A stretch of DNA of 64,000 bases from a phage. Location: sequence record OZ346201.1. One strand, given 5' to 3'. Position numbers and translations under genes: made by a program. A model generated the notes under the pieces. It was not told the origin of the DNA. It saw nothing but the letters and a program-made list of their open reading frames with translations, and did not search any database. Shown piece by piece: positions 37,362-45,966 of the stretch; the first letter of the stretch is position 1, and every line of letters begins with the position of its first letter.

Positions 37362-37718
37362 TTGGATGAGTACCAACTTCAAGTGCCTGACACACCGAAG
37401 TATAAGACTGTGTACACCTTCGACACAATTGAAGAACTGGAAGCATTTAAGGCAGAGCAGGAAGCCAAACTTCATGTGTTCGACGGTCATAAGTACAAAA
37501 AGGCACGCAAGGATGAGGACGGAAACGAAGTGGTTGACAGAGACGGAAACACGGTGTACGATCCTATCCTGAACGATGACGGAAAGCTTGAACTTATCTG
37601 GAGCCCTGTGGGTGAAATGGTGGTACATTGCTTCTGGCAAGCTTCTAAAATGATGGGAGTCCCGTTCCAGATCACAGGTGAATACTTGTGTGGTCGTAAT
37701 TGGGGTGATTGTCACTAA
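37362..37718 (+). CDS. ORF carrying the DNA polymerase A C-terminal segment
   Basis: Ends ..MMGVPFQITGEYLCGRNWGDCH, matching the Pol I family C-terminus (..VEVGSGENWDQAH); third reading frame relative to the polymerase body. Confidence 0.55.
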   Translation: MDEYQLQVPDTPKYKTVYTFDTIEELEAFKAEQEAKLHVFDGHKYKKARKDEDGNEVVDRDGNTVYDPILNDDGKLELIWSPVGEMVVHCFWQASKMMGVPFQITGEYLCGRNWGDCH

Positions 37719-37767
37719 TGTAAACTATCAACACATGGAAGTGTTGTTGAGCAAAGAGGAGACTTTT

Positions 37768-38052
37768 ATGGTAGTAGAACCAACAAAAACATTTACATCC
37801 ATGACTATCCCTGTTATTATGCAGGTGGAGTGTGTTCAGGTATCTCAAGTGTGGCCTGGCACCAAAATCCCAACAGGGCCTGATTTCTTTCAGGTTGGGA
37901 AAGTGTACAATGTCTGGAAGGCACCAGATTGTTACCCTTTCATTAAAGATGACCGTGGGATGCTGTGGTATCTTGGAAATGACTTGACACTGCACCTTGG
38001 GAATGCTATTATTGCAGTATTCAGACTTAACAAGAAGGAGACCGATCAATGA
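37768..38052 (+). CDS. small protein, paralog family B
   Basis: ATG at 37768 with AAAGAGGAG upstream; shares F..GK.Y.V...D..G..WY motif with the next two ORFs. Confidence 0.55.
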   Translation: MVVEPTKTFTSMTIPVIMQVECVQVSQVWPGTKIPTGPDFFQVGKVYNVWKAPDCYPFIKDDRGMLWYLGNDLTLHLGNAIIAVFRLNKKETDQ

Positions 38053-38276
38053 CGACTTTGGTTAAAGCCACCTTTGTAGAAGAAAAGATGACAGACATGT
38101 CATTCTTTAAAGAAGGAAAGACCTACGAGGTTTATTACGATAAAGCTCGTGCAAACAAAATGATTAAAGACGAGGAAGGGGTTGACTGGTATATCTCTCA
38201 CCTGGCAAACGGTGAGTATCATATCTACGGAACCACTTTGCTTGCCAAGTTTGTAGTTGTTGAAGAGGACCTATGA
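38049..38276 (+). CDS. small protein, paralog family B
   Basis: 75 aa; ..FFKEGKTYEVYYDKA..DEEGVDWYISHLANGEYHIYG.. Confidence 0.55.
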   Translation: MTTLVKATFVEEKMTDMSFFKEGKTYEVYYDKARANKMIKDEEGVDWYISHLANGEYHIYGTTLLAKFVVVEEDL

Positions 38277-38467
38277 AAGTAAAGTATCTTGCTGAAGGTA
38301 TGAATAGGTATTTTACCCTTGGTGAAGAATATTGGCCCTTTACAAACAACGGCGATGTCTACGTGAAAGATAATTTCGGCACGCCGTGGTTTCTGCACTC
38401 TAATGGGCTGGGATACTCCATTTACTGCGGTGCAGTGAACAACACAACTCTTGCAGAGTTCGTTTAG
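38273..38467 (+). CDS. small protein, paralog family B
   Basis: 64 aa; ..FTLGEEYWPF..DNFGTPWFLHSNGLGYSIY.. Confidence 0.55.
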   Translation: MKVKYLAEGMNRYFTLGEEYWPFTNNGDVYVKDNFGTPWFLHSNGLGYSIYCGAVNNTTLAEFV

Positions 38468-38477
38468 AGGAGGTAGG

Positions 38478-38849
38478 ATGTTAGTAAAAGGTACCCACAC
38501 AGTCAAACAACGTATTGAAGTTGAGATTGATGATTGTGAGCTGAAGCATATTTTACGGTCATGCTCCAACGTTTTGCTCCTTAGTATTCTTCAGGAGCGA
38601 GCGGAGAACGAGTTCTTAAATGCATTGGCAGGCCGTCCCGGTGACTTCTGTGTGCGTAAGCGTGGTGACAACAAGTCGTGGTTGTGGGAGATCGATGCCG
38701 ACTGGGATTACCACAAAAATGAGGGTATAGATGAGCCTATTCGTGAACTGACGGACAAAGAGATTCAGATGTACAATGAAGTTTGTCATTGGGCAACACG
38801 CCAACAAATTTACCTAGACCCTGTGTGGCTGATTGAAAATAGTCGTTGA
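38478..38849 (+). CDS. hypothetical protein
   Basis: ATG 38478 after GAGGAGG; stop codon lies inside the -35 of the next promoter. Confidence 0.5.
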   Translation: MLVKGTHTVKQRIEVEIDDCELKHILRSCSNVLLLSILQERAENEFLNALAGRPGDFCVRKRGDNKSWLWEIDADWDYHKNEGIDEPIRELTDKEIQMYNEVCHWATRQQIYLDPVWLIENSR

Positions 38850-38874
38850 CAAGAAGTAAGGTTAGATGTAAGAT
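38846..38874 (+). promoter_or_regulatory. sigma70-type promoter
   Basis: TTGACA-N17-TAAGAT with upstream AAAATAGTCG. Confidence 0.6.
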
Positions 38875-38925
38875 ACTCCTCACAAACAGAGTATTGATTG
38901 TTAAATAATTAAGGAGACCTCTAAG

Positions 38926-39180
38926 ATGAAAATCATGTTGAAACCAGAATGCGTTGCAAACGACCGAGCTTTTAAAGATTGCACACTTGGCGCTACTTAT
39001 GAAGCAGAGTTTTGTGAGAACCCTTTGGTAAAAGCCCTTTTGGAAGAAGGGGCCCCTCTATCACAAGAAGAGCTTGATGAGCTGGAAAACTCAGCACAGT
39101 GCCTTACCTTTAAAGATGATGAAGGAGACTCTGTCTGGTGCACTGTTAACGAAGTAGTTTTTGTAAAAACTGAACATTAA
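38926..39180 (+). CDS. small protein, paralog family C
   Basis: 84 aa; SD AAGGAGA; shares K..D.AF.DCT...Y..DD.GD.V.CT..E pattern with 39244..39504. Confidence 0.55.
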   Translation: MKIMLKPECVANDRAFKDCTLGATYEAEFCENPLVKALLEEGAPLSQEELDELENSAQCLTFKDDEGDSVWCTVNEVVFVKTEH

Positions 39181-39183
39181 TAC

Positions 39184-39212
39184 TTGACAACAGCGATAGG
39201 ACCTAATACAAT
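39184..39212 (+). promoter_or_regulatory. sigma70-type promoter
   Basis: TTGACA-N17-TACAAT. Confidence 0.65.
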
Positions 39213-39243
39213 GGTCCTATCAAAACGAAAGGGGACCACAGCA

Positions 39244-39504
39244 ATGACCAAACAATATCAACGAATTAAAGCCAAGGTTAAGCCAGACTATCTAGAGAAG
39301 GACTCTGCTTTTCGGGACTGCACAGCTGACAAAGTTTACACAGGGGCCGTCCTGTTGAACGATAAACTTGAAGTAGATGTGCTGGGTAAAGAGGCCGTTA
39401 TCGAGGATGACAACGGTGACTGTGTTTTCTGCACCACACGAGAGCTAGAAGTCTTAGAATATTTCGGTGAAATCTTCAACTCCTTAGACGACGAGGAAGC
39501 GTGA
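39244..39504 (+). CDS. small protein, paralog family C
   Basis: ATG 39244 downstream of promoter; track start 39184 would overlap the promoter. Confidence 0.55.
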   Translation: MTKQYQRIKAKVKPDYLEKDSAFRDCTADKVYTGAVLLNDKLEVDVLGKEAVIEDDNGDCVFCTTRELEVLEYFGEIFNSLDDEEA

Positions 39505-39893
39505 TGAAAAATATTTGGGATATCGATATCTTTGAAGCCTCTAAGCTTGACGGTGCTGATGGAGTGATTATGGTGTCTGATGGCAAGGCAACACTAACTT
39601 CCGGAGATATCATCTATGCCTTGGACGAGCTGGCGCTTCTGAAATCTACCGGTAACACTTTGGAGGAGCGTCTTCAAGGATTCGCTTTCAAAGAAGGTAC
39701 AAATACAGCCATGATGTGCACCACACGGACAGTCCAGGTTGGTAACGGTGTCTATATGATTATTGCTGTGTGTCCTAAATTCAGCAACGTCAACAAAGAT
39801 GATGCTGACGCGGTCAACGATGTGGTTGTTCTCTTCGTGGGTGACGCTATGGCAGATCTGATGAATGCAGGAGAAGCAGCAAATGAAGACTGA
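39501..39893 (+). CDS. hypothetical protein
   Basis: 130-aa ORF. Confidence 0.5.
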   Translation: MMKNIWDIDIFEASKLDGADGVIMVSDGKATLTSGDIIYALDELALLKSTGNTLEERLQGFAFKEGTNTAMMCTTRTVQVGNGVYMIIAVCPKFSNVNKDDADAVNDVVVLFVGDAMADLMNAGEAANED

Positions 39894-40185
39894 AAACATC
39901 ACCCCAGCAGGGTTCTTAAAAGTATACCGTGAACTGCTATATACTACAGAGGACAGTGTTCTAGAGTATCCAGAATATCTTTTGCTGTATAAGTATCTGC
40001 AGGAGGCTGGTGAAAATCTGCCAGTTAGTGCAGAAGGTGGTCCAAACTGGATATACAGCGCATGGAGAAAGGTTGACATTCTCCCAAACCCAGGTAAAGA
40101 TATGGTAGTTTGGCAGCTTATCAACAACATCGGGATTCCAATCTTTGATGAAGCTGTTAAAATCTATTTTGAACTTGACGATTAA
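39883..40185 (+). CDS. hypothetical protein
   Basis: ATG 39883 with AGGAGA 9 nt upstream preferred over track start 39865. Confidence 0.5.
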   Translation: MKTENITPAGFLKVYRELLYTTEDSVLEYPEYLLLYKYLQEAGENLPVSAEGGPNWIYSAWRKVDILPNPGKDMVVWQLINNIGIPIFDEAVKIYFELDD

Positions 40186-40202
40186 TATCAGGAGACCTTA
40201 AG

Positions 40203-40448
40203 ATGACTGAAGCAGTTGCTCGCGCAGGACAGAAAGTACGTTGTGTTGAAGTAGGTTTTGGTGGCAAAGGGTGTCAAAACTTGACTCAAGGCAAGGAATA
40301 TGCTGTTATCTCTGGTGGTGGCGACGAAAGTATTGTGTTCGAGGGTCACATCCTGGATGCTGAAAACTTTGAAATCTTTGACGACGATGGGGATCCGATC
40401 ACCTGCCTGCTGGACGGGAATTGGGGAACTTTCGAAGTGATTGGCTAA
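40203..40448 (+). CDS. hypothetical small protein
   Basis: 81 aa, SD CAGGAGA. Confidence 0.5.
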   Translation: MTEAVARAGQKVRCVEVGFGGKGCQNLTQGKEYAVISGGGDESIVFEGHILDAENFEIFDDDGDPITCLLDGNWGTFEVIG

Positions 40449-40531
40449 CAAATACCTATTGTAATTTACAGAAGGGGATGCTAAAATAGTGTCTCCTTCT
40501 ATGTTGTTCAAATAAAATCGGAGATTCCATA

Positions 40532-40900
40532 ATGGAACAAATGAACGATCAAGAGTCGGTTGCGATGAACGAGCAAGAACAACCTCAAGAATTTTTCTTA
40601 GGGTTAAGTAAAGATCAAGTGTCTCTTTTGCTAGTGCTTTCTTCTTTCATGGGAAGACTTCAGGAGCTCACACAACAACCGGAGGCTGAACAATTATTTC
40701 AGGCTCTGCGTGAAGAAGAAAAATATCGTCGTTTGGACTATGCCTTAGGTTGGGTAGCTCAACAACGAGATATGCTGATGGCCCTCTCTGGGACCACAAG
40801 TTTTGCAATGGGCCTGTTGGCTCAAGTTCAGGACAAATTAATTCAAGCAGGGTTTGCACACACGGCAAACACTAACGAAGAACAAGGAGACAAAGAATGA
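40532..40900 (+). CDS. hypothetical protein
   Basis: 122-aa ORF, SD GGAGA, immediately upstream of SSB gene. Confidence 0.5.
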   Translation: MEQMNDQESVAMNEQEQPQEFFLGLSKDQVSLLLVLSSFMGRLQELTQQPEAEQLFQALREEEKYRRLDYALGWVAQQRDMLMALSGTTSFAMGLLAQVQDKLIQAGFAHTANTNEEQGDKE

Positions 40901-42111
40901 GCGTTATTCAACAATTCGCTAACCCGATGAATCCGCGTGAAACTGTTTTACTGGCTCACGGCATGATTAAACGCGTCAGCATCAAGCCTATCAAAGGTGC
41001 TGATCCTACAACAGGTATTAAAACCACTGTGTGGCAAGGTAAGAAAATTGAATCCAGCCACACCATCTCTTTACTGATTTCTGAACTGGATTCCTCTGAT
41101 AACCTACTTCAAGGTGGTGAAGAAGTTTGGATCAGTATGGGCGATAAGCTGCTTAAACCGGGTCATCAAGACTCTGTCTCTGTTAAAATTGATGACAAGT
41201 GGGAAACCGTAACGCCAGGATGGATCGTAAATATTCCTTTGAAGGCAAACGAGCATAACGGTAAGACCTATTACAAAGGCTCACTGGCTAAGATGGTTAA
41301 GCTGGGTGTAGGAGAGGCTCCAGCAGCGACTCAGCAGCAAAAACAGCAACAAGGTGTACAATCACAAGGCCAGAAGCAGAATGCCAATCAGGACGTTTTA
41401 CGCATCTATGGCGATGTGACTCAGATTGTTGGCAACGTGGTTACTGTCAATGACCACAAGATTGGCGAAGGTGCTATGGTTGTCACCGATGAGCAGCTTA
41501 AAGATCTGGTGGTAGGTGGTCGTGTTGCAGCCATTGTTGACAAAGACACCGGAAACATTATCAGTGGTTTCAAAGCCTACCCCCCTAAGGCAGAGAACGG
41601 CACTCAAGGCTCCGGTGGCAAGCGTAAATCCTCTTACGACCCTATCGGTGTGGAAACGGGGCATAGCATCAATGCGTTGCAGATCATCCTGGATCGCGGG
41701 TTTAAGGTAGACGACCCACTGGGCGTGGCTAAAACACTGCACGTAGTCACCATTGAGCTTAAGAAAGAGTATGCTCAGGCCACCAACCGAACTGAAGATG
41801 AAGTAGGTGCCAGTGTCGGTAATGCGGTGTTGAACGCTTGTCGCCGTATTGACAAGAAAACGAAAGTTGATGATTTTGCAGCGGCAATTACTGCAGAAGC
41901 AAAAGATGTCTTGACTAATCTGGCTGAGCCGTTGTACGATTGGATCAAGAACGGTGCTGGGTCAACTGACCATCAAGAACCTCAGGCTACCAAACAGGAA
42001 GCAGCTCCACAGCAAAACACTGTAGACGCTCCTCCTGTAAATGATGAGGAAGATGACCCAATGGATCAGAATCCAGCACAGTACTCCTTTGATGATGACA
42101 TCCCTTTTTAA
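40897..42111 (+). CDS. ssb: single-stranded DNA-binding protein with host-SSB-like acidic tail
   Basis: C-terminus ..YSFDDDIPF* matches the E. coli SSB tail DDDIPF; Gln/Gly-rich linker before it. Confidence 0.7.
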   Translation: MSVIQQFANPMNPRETVLLAHGMIKRVSIKPIKGADPTTGIKTTVWQGKKIESSHTISLLISELDSSDNLLQGGEEVWISMGDKLLKPGHQDSVSVKIDDKWETVTPGWIVNIPLKANEHNGKTYYKGSLAKMVKLGVGEAPAATQQQKQQQGVQSQGQKQNANQDVLRIYGDVTQIVGNVVTVNDHKIGEGAMVVTDEQLKDLVVGGRVAAIVDKDTGNIISGFKAYPPKAENGTQGSGGKRKSSYDPIGVETGHSINALQIILDRGFKVDDPLGVAKTLHVVTIELKKEYAQATNRTEDEVGASVGNAVLNACRRIDKKTKVDDFAAAITAEAKDVLTNLAEPLYDWIKNGAGSTDHQEPQATKQEAAPQQNTVDAPPVNDEEDDPMDQNPAQYSFDDDIPF

Positions 42112-42126
42112 CAATTAGTTAACATA

Positions 42127-42155
42127 GCCCTGCCCGAAAGGGTGGGGCATTTTTA
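42127..42155 (+). terminator. rho-independent terminator (near-identical to 31737-31763)
   Basis: GCCCTGCCC-GAAA-GGGTGGGGC followed by ATTTTTAT. Confidence 0.8.
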
Positions 42156-42173
42156 TATAAGGAGATCTGAAAA

Positions 42174-42590
42174 ATGACATTAGAAGATATCATTGTTAAA
42201 CCTGAGAACTATGACCAATACAACCTGTCAACTCAATCTGTAGACCTTGGATGCGCCACGGTCAGTGCGTGGCCGGTTAACGGAAAAGAGCTAGATAAAT
42301 GCTTAGAAGCTCACATGTCTATTAACAAGTTTCTGGATGAAAATACTCACTGGCTTGAGGGTGCAGGAGTATATGCTTCATGGTTGGAGAGTATGGGATT
42401 CGACTACCAATCTGAAGAAGGGTGGTGGAGCTATTTAGCTATCTGTCCAGAGACGCTACAATGCTTCATGAAATACTCTGAAGATTTAGAGTACCGGGCG
42501 GTGGTTGATAGTGCTATTGCCCGTTATAGCCGTAAACCTTTTTCCCACGACATTAAAACTGTGGAAGAGTTTGTTGAAGTTTTCTGTTGA
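42174..42590 (+). CDS. hypothetical protein
   Basis: 138-aa ORF, SD AAGGAGA. Confidence 0.55.
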   Translation: MTLEDIIVKPENYDQYNLSTQSVDLGCATVSAWPVNGKELDKCLEAHMSINKFLDENTHWLEGAGVYASWLESMGFDYQSEEGWWSYLAICPETLQCFMKYSEDLEYRAVVDSAIARYSRKPFSHDIKTVEEFVEVFC

Positions 42591-42686
42591 CACAGGTTGA
42601 AAGGTGTGCAATTATAACTTCATATGACTGGAGGACGTGATGAACGAAGAAAACTGGGATGTATAACTAACAGGAGGCCACTGCCC

Positions 42687-42884
42687 ATGATTTATCGAAT
42701 CCGTGTAAGAGAAGATGCACCAGGCTGTTACTTTGACTGGCGTGGGTGGTGGTTTCTCCACCCAATGGATGGACTCACAGATAGAATGCTGGATGCTGCC
42801 CTTTATACAGATACCGACATAGAGTATAATCTCTATCTGAAGGACGGTATAGATAACGGCCTGTTTGAAGCAATTCCTGTGTAA
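42687..42884 (+). CDS. hypothetical small protein
   Basis: ATG 42687 with CAGGAGG upstream preferred over track start 42624. Confidence 0.5.
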   Translation: MIYRIRVREDAPGCYFDWRGWWFLHPMDGLTDRMLDAALYTDTDIEYNLYLKDGIDNGLFEAIPV

Positions 42885-42952
42885 GAGACTGTGATAGCTA
42901 TGTTTTATGATCTTCCTGTAGCGCCACCACCTGTTGAACCCGGAGAACTAAG

Positions 42953-43378
42953 ATGATCTATGAAATGCCAAAACTGATTCGTGACGATGCCCAAAACGCT
43001 CACACCATTATTATGGGCAAACGCATGGATATTATTTGTCATAAAGATTTCTGGGAAGGAAGTTACTTCACAGAGTATTTTGGTAAACTGGATAATGGTC
43101 TGCTGATCCAGTTCTACACCGATGCGGAAAACAACATTCCCTGGGAGTTCGAAACTGAAGATATTCATAAACTTTTCACCTTCCTCGATATTAAGGTTAA
43201 GGCCAAGTTTGAAGAGGGTGAGTGCGACGATTGTGGATTTTATGAGGTAACAGATTTCTATCTTCCAAGTGGTAAGAACCTTTACTATGAAAGCCACTTC
43301 GGTAACTCAAATATGCCACAGTGCTGGACTGAGTTTTTTGAAATTGTGGAAGAGGAGCTGGCATATCGTGATTATTGA
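42953..43378 (+). CDS. hypothetical protein
   Basis: 141-aa ORF, SD GGAGAA. Confidence 0.55.
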   Translation: MIYEMPKLIRDDAQNAHTIIMGKRMDIICHKDFWEGSYFTEYFGKLDNGLLIQFYTDAENNIPWEFETEDIHKLFTFLDIKVKAKFEEGECDDCGFYEVTDFYLPSGKNLYYESHFGNSNMPQCWTEFFEIVEEELAYRDY

Positions 43379-43826
43379 TACTGTAGAGGGAGATTTAATC
43401 TCCCTTTTTAAGAGCGGTGCTGGTCACCTGATCCACGGTTGTAACTGCTTCCACACAATGGGTAAGGGTGTAGCAAAACAGATTGCCCGTGAGTTCCCTC
43501 AAGCATTGGAAGCTGATAAAATGACTATGCACGGTTGCCTAAGTAAACTGGGCGCGTTCTCCCGCTGGGAGCACTTATCTCCGAGAGGTATTGTCTACGG
43601 AATAAATCTGTATACTCAGTTCTACCCAGGGCCTAATGCTGAATATTTCTCAATACTGAAAGGCTTTGAGCGAGTCAATGAAGTATTTGAGGGGTCGATT
43701 TTACCATTCTACATCCCTAAGATCGGGTGCGGCATAGGTGGTTTGAAGTGGGAACATGTAGAGGACATTATTAACCTTGCCACTTTTGATATAGATATTA
43801 TCGTGGTGGAGTACAAAGAGTGTTGA
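43368..43826 (+). CDS. macro-domain protein (ADP-ribose binding / hydrolase candidate)
   Basis: ..IHGCNCFHTMGKGVAKQIAREFP.. matches the macro-domain nucleotide-binding motif (N-x-V-N..G-x-MGKG-[LV]-A..FP); GTG start at 43368 with GAGGAG upstream. Confidence 0.6.
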   Translation: MIIDTVEGDLISLFKSGAGHLIHGCNCFHTMGKGVAKQIAREFPQALEADKMTMHGCLSKLGAFSRWEHLSPRGIVYGINLYTQFYPGPNAEYFSILKGFERVNEVFEGSILPFYIPKIGCGIGGLKWEHVEDIINLATFDIDIIVVEYKEC

Positions 43827-43851
43827 CAGCTATATTTTAAGATGGTATAGT
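43823..43851 (+). promoter_or_regulatory. sigma70-type promoter
   Basis: TTGACA-N17-TATAGT; stop codon of the macro gene lies inside the -35. Confidence 0.65.
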
Positions 43852-43880
43852 CGCCACAACGATTAAGACAGAGGAGCACT

Positions 43881-44075
43881 ATGGAGACTAAAATCTTAAT
43901 TCTAGCTGTGATAGATACAACAGAAGGAGCCATGTTTGAATCTGCAGGAGGGTATTTCTACCTGCCCTATGGAAAAAGAACTTCCGAGCCGAGTAAAGAT
44001 TCAATCCTTAAAGTGTTCCCGTGTGCTTTCTGGCTGGAGATCTTGGTAGAAGATTGCAGAGGACTAGGGAGATAA
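43881..44075 (+). CDS. hypothetical small protein
   Basis: 64 aa, SD AGAGGAG. Confidence 0.5.
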   Translation: METKILILAVIDTTEGAMFESAGGYFYLPYGKRTSEPSKDSILKVFPCAFWLEILVEDCRGLGR

Positions 44076-44077
44076 TT

Positions 44078-44272
44078 ATGAGAAACAAGAAAGAGCTTTA
44101 CTCTGGTGAGTGGATAAACGATCAACAGGTAGGAGAGGTAACCTGCTTCCGGTGCTTTACTAGGTACAATCTTAAAACTGCACCAAAAAGTGTTCCAAAG
44201 ACTGACGGTTATTACATAAAAGAACCTCATTGCCCAAAATGCAAATGCCGATTATACTGGAGTAACCTGTAA
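44078..44272 (+). CDS. small zinc-ribbon protein
   Basis: CFRC ... CPKCKC pairs; ATG 44078 preferred to track start 44021. Confidence 0.5.
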   Translation: MRNKKELYSGEWINDQQVGEVTCFRCFTRYNLKTAPKSVPKTDGYYIKEPHCPKCKCRLYWSNL

Positions 44273-44276
44273 AAGA

Positions 44277-44304
44277 TTGACATCTGAAAACTGCGGTGTA
44301 TAAT
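44277..44304 (+). promoter_or_regulatory. sigma70-type promoter, consensus hexamers
   Basis: TTGACA-N16-TATAAT. Confidence 0.75.
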
Positions 44305-44335
44305 ATAAACATAAACTAGCAGAGAGTGATATATT

Positions 44336-44527
44336 ATGGTAATTTTTAATCGAGACGGTATCATAGTTAGACAGCACCCATTCCTTGAATACTATCAAAT
44401 TGAGCAATGGTGCTACGGGGATTGCAGTCACTCCTATGGGCAAAGTTGGGGATATCGCACAGTTTTTGAATCAACAGATCTTGATAAGGTAAGACAGAAA
44501 GTTTTAGAACTTATTAACAACAAGTGA
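44336..44527 (+). CDS. hypothetical small protein
   Basis: 63-aa ORF downstream of consensus promoter. Confidence 0.5.
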   Translation: MVIFNRDGIIVRQHPFLEYYQIEQWCYGDCSHSYGQSWGYRTVFESTDLDKVRQKVLELINNK

Positions 44528-44534
44528 GTATGAT

Positions 44535-44870
44535 ATGGTAACATTAGAAAGACGTAAAGCTATCGCCGCCACACTGGCAGACATCTTTTGGGAGTGCAAT
44601 TTAAAAGATACCCGATATTGTGGCGCATCTGTAGATGCATTATTCCCACGGCCCACTATTGTTGCAATGGGAAACCTGTCAAACGTGGTGTATGGAGCAT
44701 GGGACAAAGAAGGTGGATTTTATATCTGGCAACCTGACTACGGGACCTGGAAAGAGGTAAGGGGTGCGGATGACTTTGGGCCTGCAGTTGCCAAAACGAT
44801 GGATGGCTGGAAAATCTATGTCGGTAACGACATGAAGCTGAAAGGCGAGATTGTTTACTGGTTACCTTAA
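44535..44870 (+). CDS. hypothetical protein
   Basis: 111-aa ORF. Confidence 0.5.
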   Translation: MVTLERRKAIAATLADIFWECNLKDTRYCGASVDALFPRPTIVAMGNLSNVVYGAWDKEGGFYIWQPDYGTWKEVRGADDFGPAVAKTMDGWKIYVGNDMKLKGEIVYWLP

Positions 44871-44891
44871 TAAAACGCAGGAGATAAAGTT

Positions 44892-45137
44892 ATGAACAAA
44901 GGGTGGACATTTGTAGACGGCGTTAAAAACATGCCTCTAGGAAAGTATATTGTAGCCATGGCAGATGAGAATGGCAAGGTGGATTTCGGAGTTTGCGAGG
45001 TTGTTCTTGCAGGATCTGGTGACTATGCTCACAAAACTGGGATAATTAACGGTCATTTCTACTTTGATTACAACCCTGTTGTGGCGTATATGGCTATGCC
45101 AGAGTTCGAGCTCCCAAAGGAGGGTGCGGATGTTTAA
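44892..45137 (+). CDS. hypothetical small protein
   Basis: 81 aa, SD CAGGAGA. Confidence 0.5.
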   Translation: MNKGWTFVDGVKNMPLGKYIVAMADENGKVDFGVCEVVLAGSGDYAHKTGIINGHFYFDYNPVVAYMAMPEFELPKEGADV

Positions 45138-45327
45138 GCTTAAATCTGCATGGAACATCGCTGTGGGGGACGAGATCCGCATCCCAGGTGGAAAGACCAT
45201 TATGAAGATATCTCGTATCGAGTACGAAGGTGATCGTGTATTTCATATCTTTGCAGAAGATGGTCGAGAAATTTATATACAGGCAGGCTCTCACATCTAT
45301 ATTCGTAAGAAAGGGGACGACAAATGA
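45130..45327 (+). CDS. hypothetical small protein
   Basis: ATG 45130 with AAGGAGGG upstream. Confidence 0.45.
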   Translation: MFKLKSAWNIAVGDEIRIPGGKTIMKISRIEYEGDRVFHIFAEDGREIYIQAGSHIYIRKKGDDK

Positions 45328-45653
45328 CAGAGATCATCATTTCAACTGCAGGGTATGTGTTCCTGACAATCATTGCACTGACCATTCTGGTGGTGGTATA
45401 TGGAATTGTTATTCTCCCTATTCTTGAGACAATTAGTTTGTGTCGGTGTTGGAGAAAGGCTTACGGTCCACAGCCGTGGAAGGACTGGCCCCACCTGGTG
45501 CACATAGCGTTCTCTTATGCTTATGATCACGCCAGCAGTGCATGCATAACCGGGTATCACGCCCACAACTGGAGCTGGGAAGGGTTGAGGAAATGGAATG
45601 TTACAAAGACCATACCTCTGCGCATGTACAAACCTAAAAACAAAGACAGCTGA
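45324..45653 (+). CDS. membrane protein
   Basis: N-terminal hydrophobic helix TAGYVFLTIIALTILVVVYGIVILPIL. Confidence 0.5.
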   Translation: MTEIIISTAGYVFLTIIALTILVVVYGIVILPILETISLCRCWRKAYGPQPWKDWPHLVHIAFSYAYDHASSACITGYHAHNWSWEGLRKWNVTKTIPLRMYKPKNKDS

Positions 45654-45966
45654 TACTTGAAAATCCCTGGCATATCAAGTGTAAGGAGGATTTCTAAAAT
45701 GGATTTCCTCCTTTTGATATTTCACCGGGCCAGATATTTTAAAATTCTTAGAAAATCAGAAAATGGATCGAAAACTAAAATGGATTTTTCAAGACAGGCA
45801 CGATAAGATGTGCTGCTCATTCTATCGTTCGCACCGTACTTTAAGTCACTATTCCAGATTTTTCCGCACATACTCTCACCCTTCTACCAGAACTTTCCCA
45901 GCTTACCTCTGACCTTTTATAACAATAAGTCCATTATTATCAGAAAGTTTCGGCACATCTCTTTCG

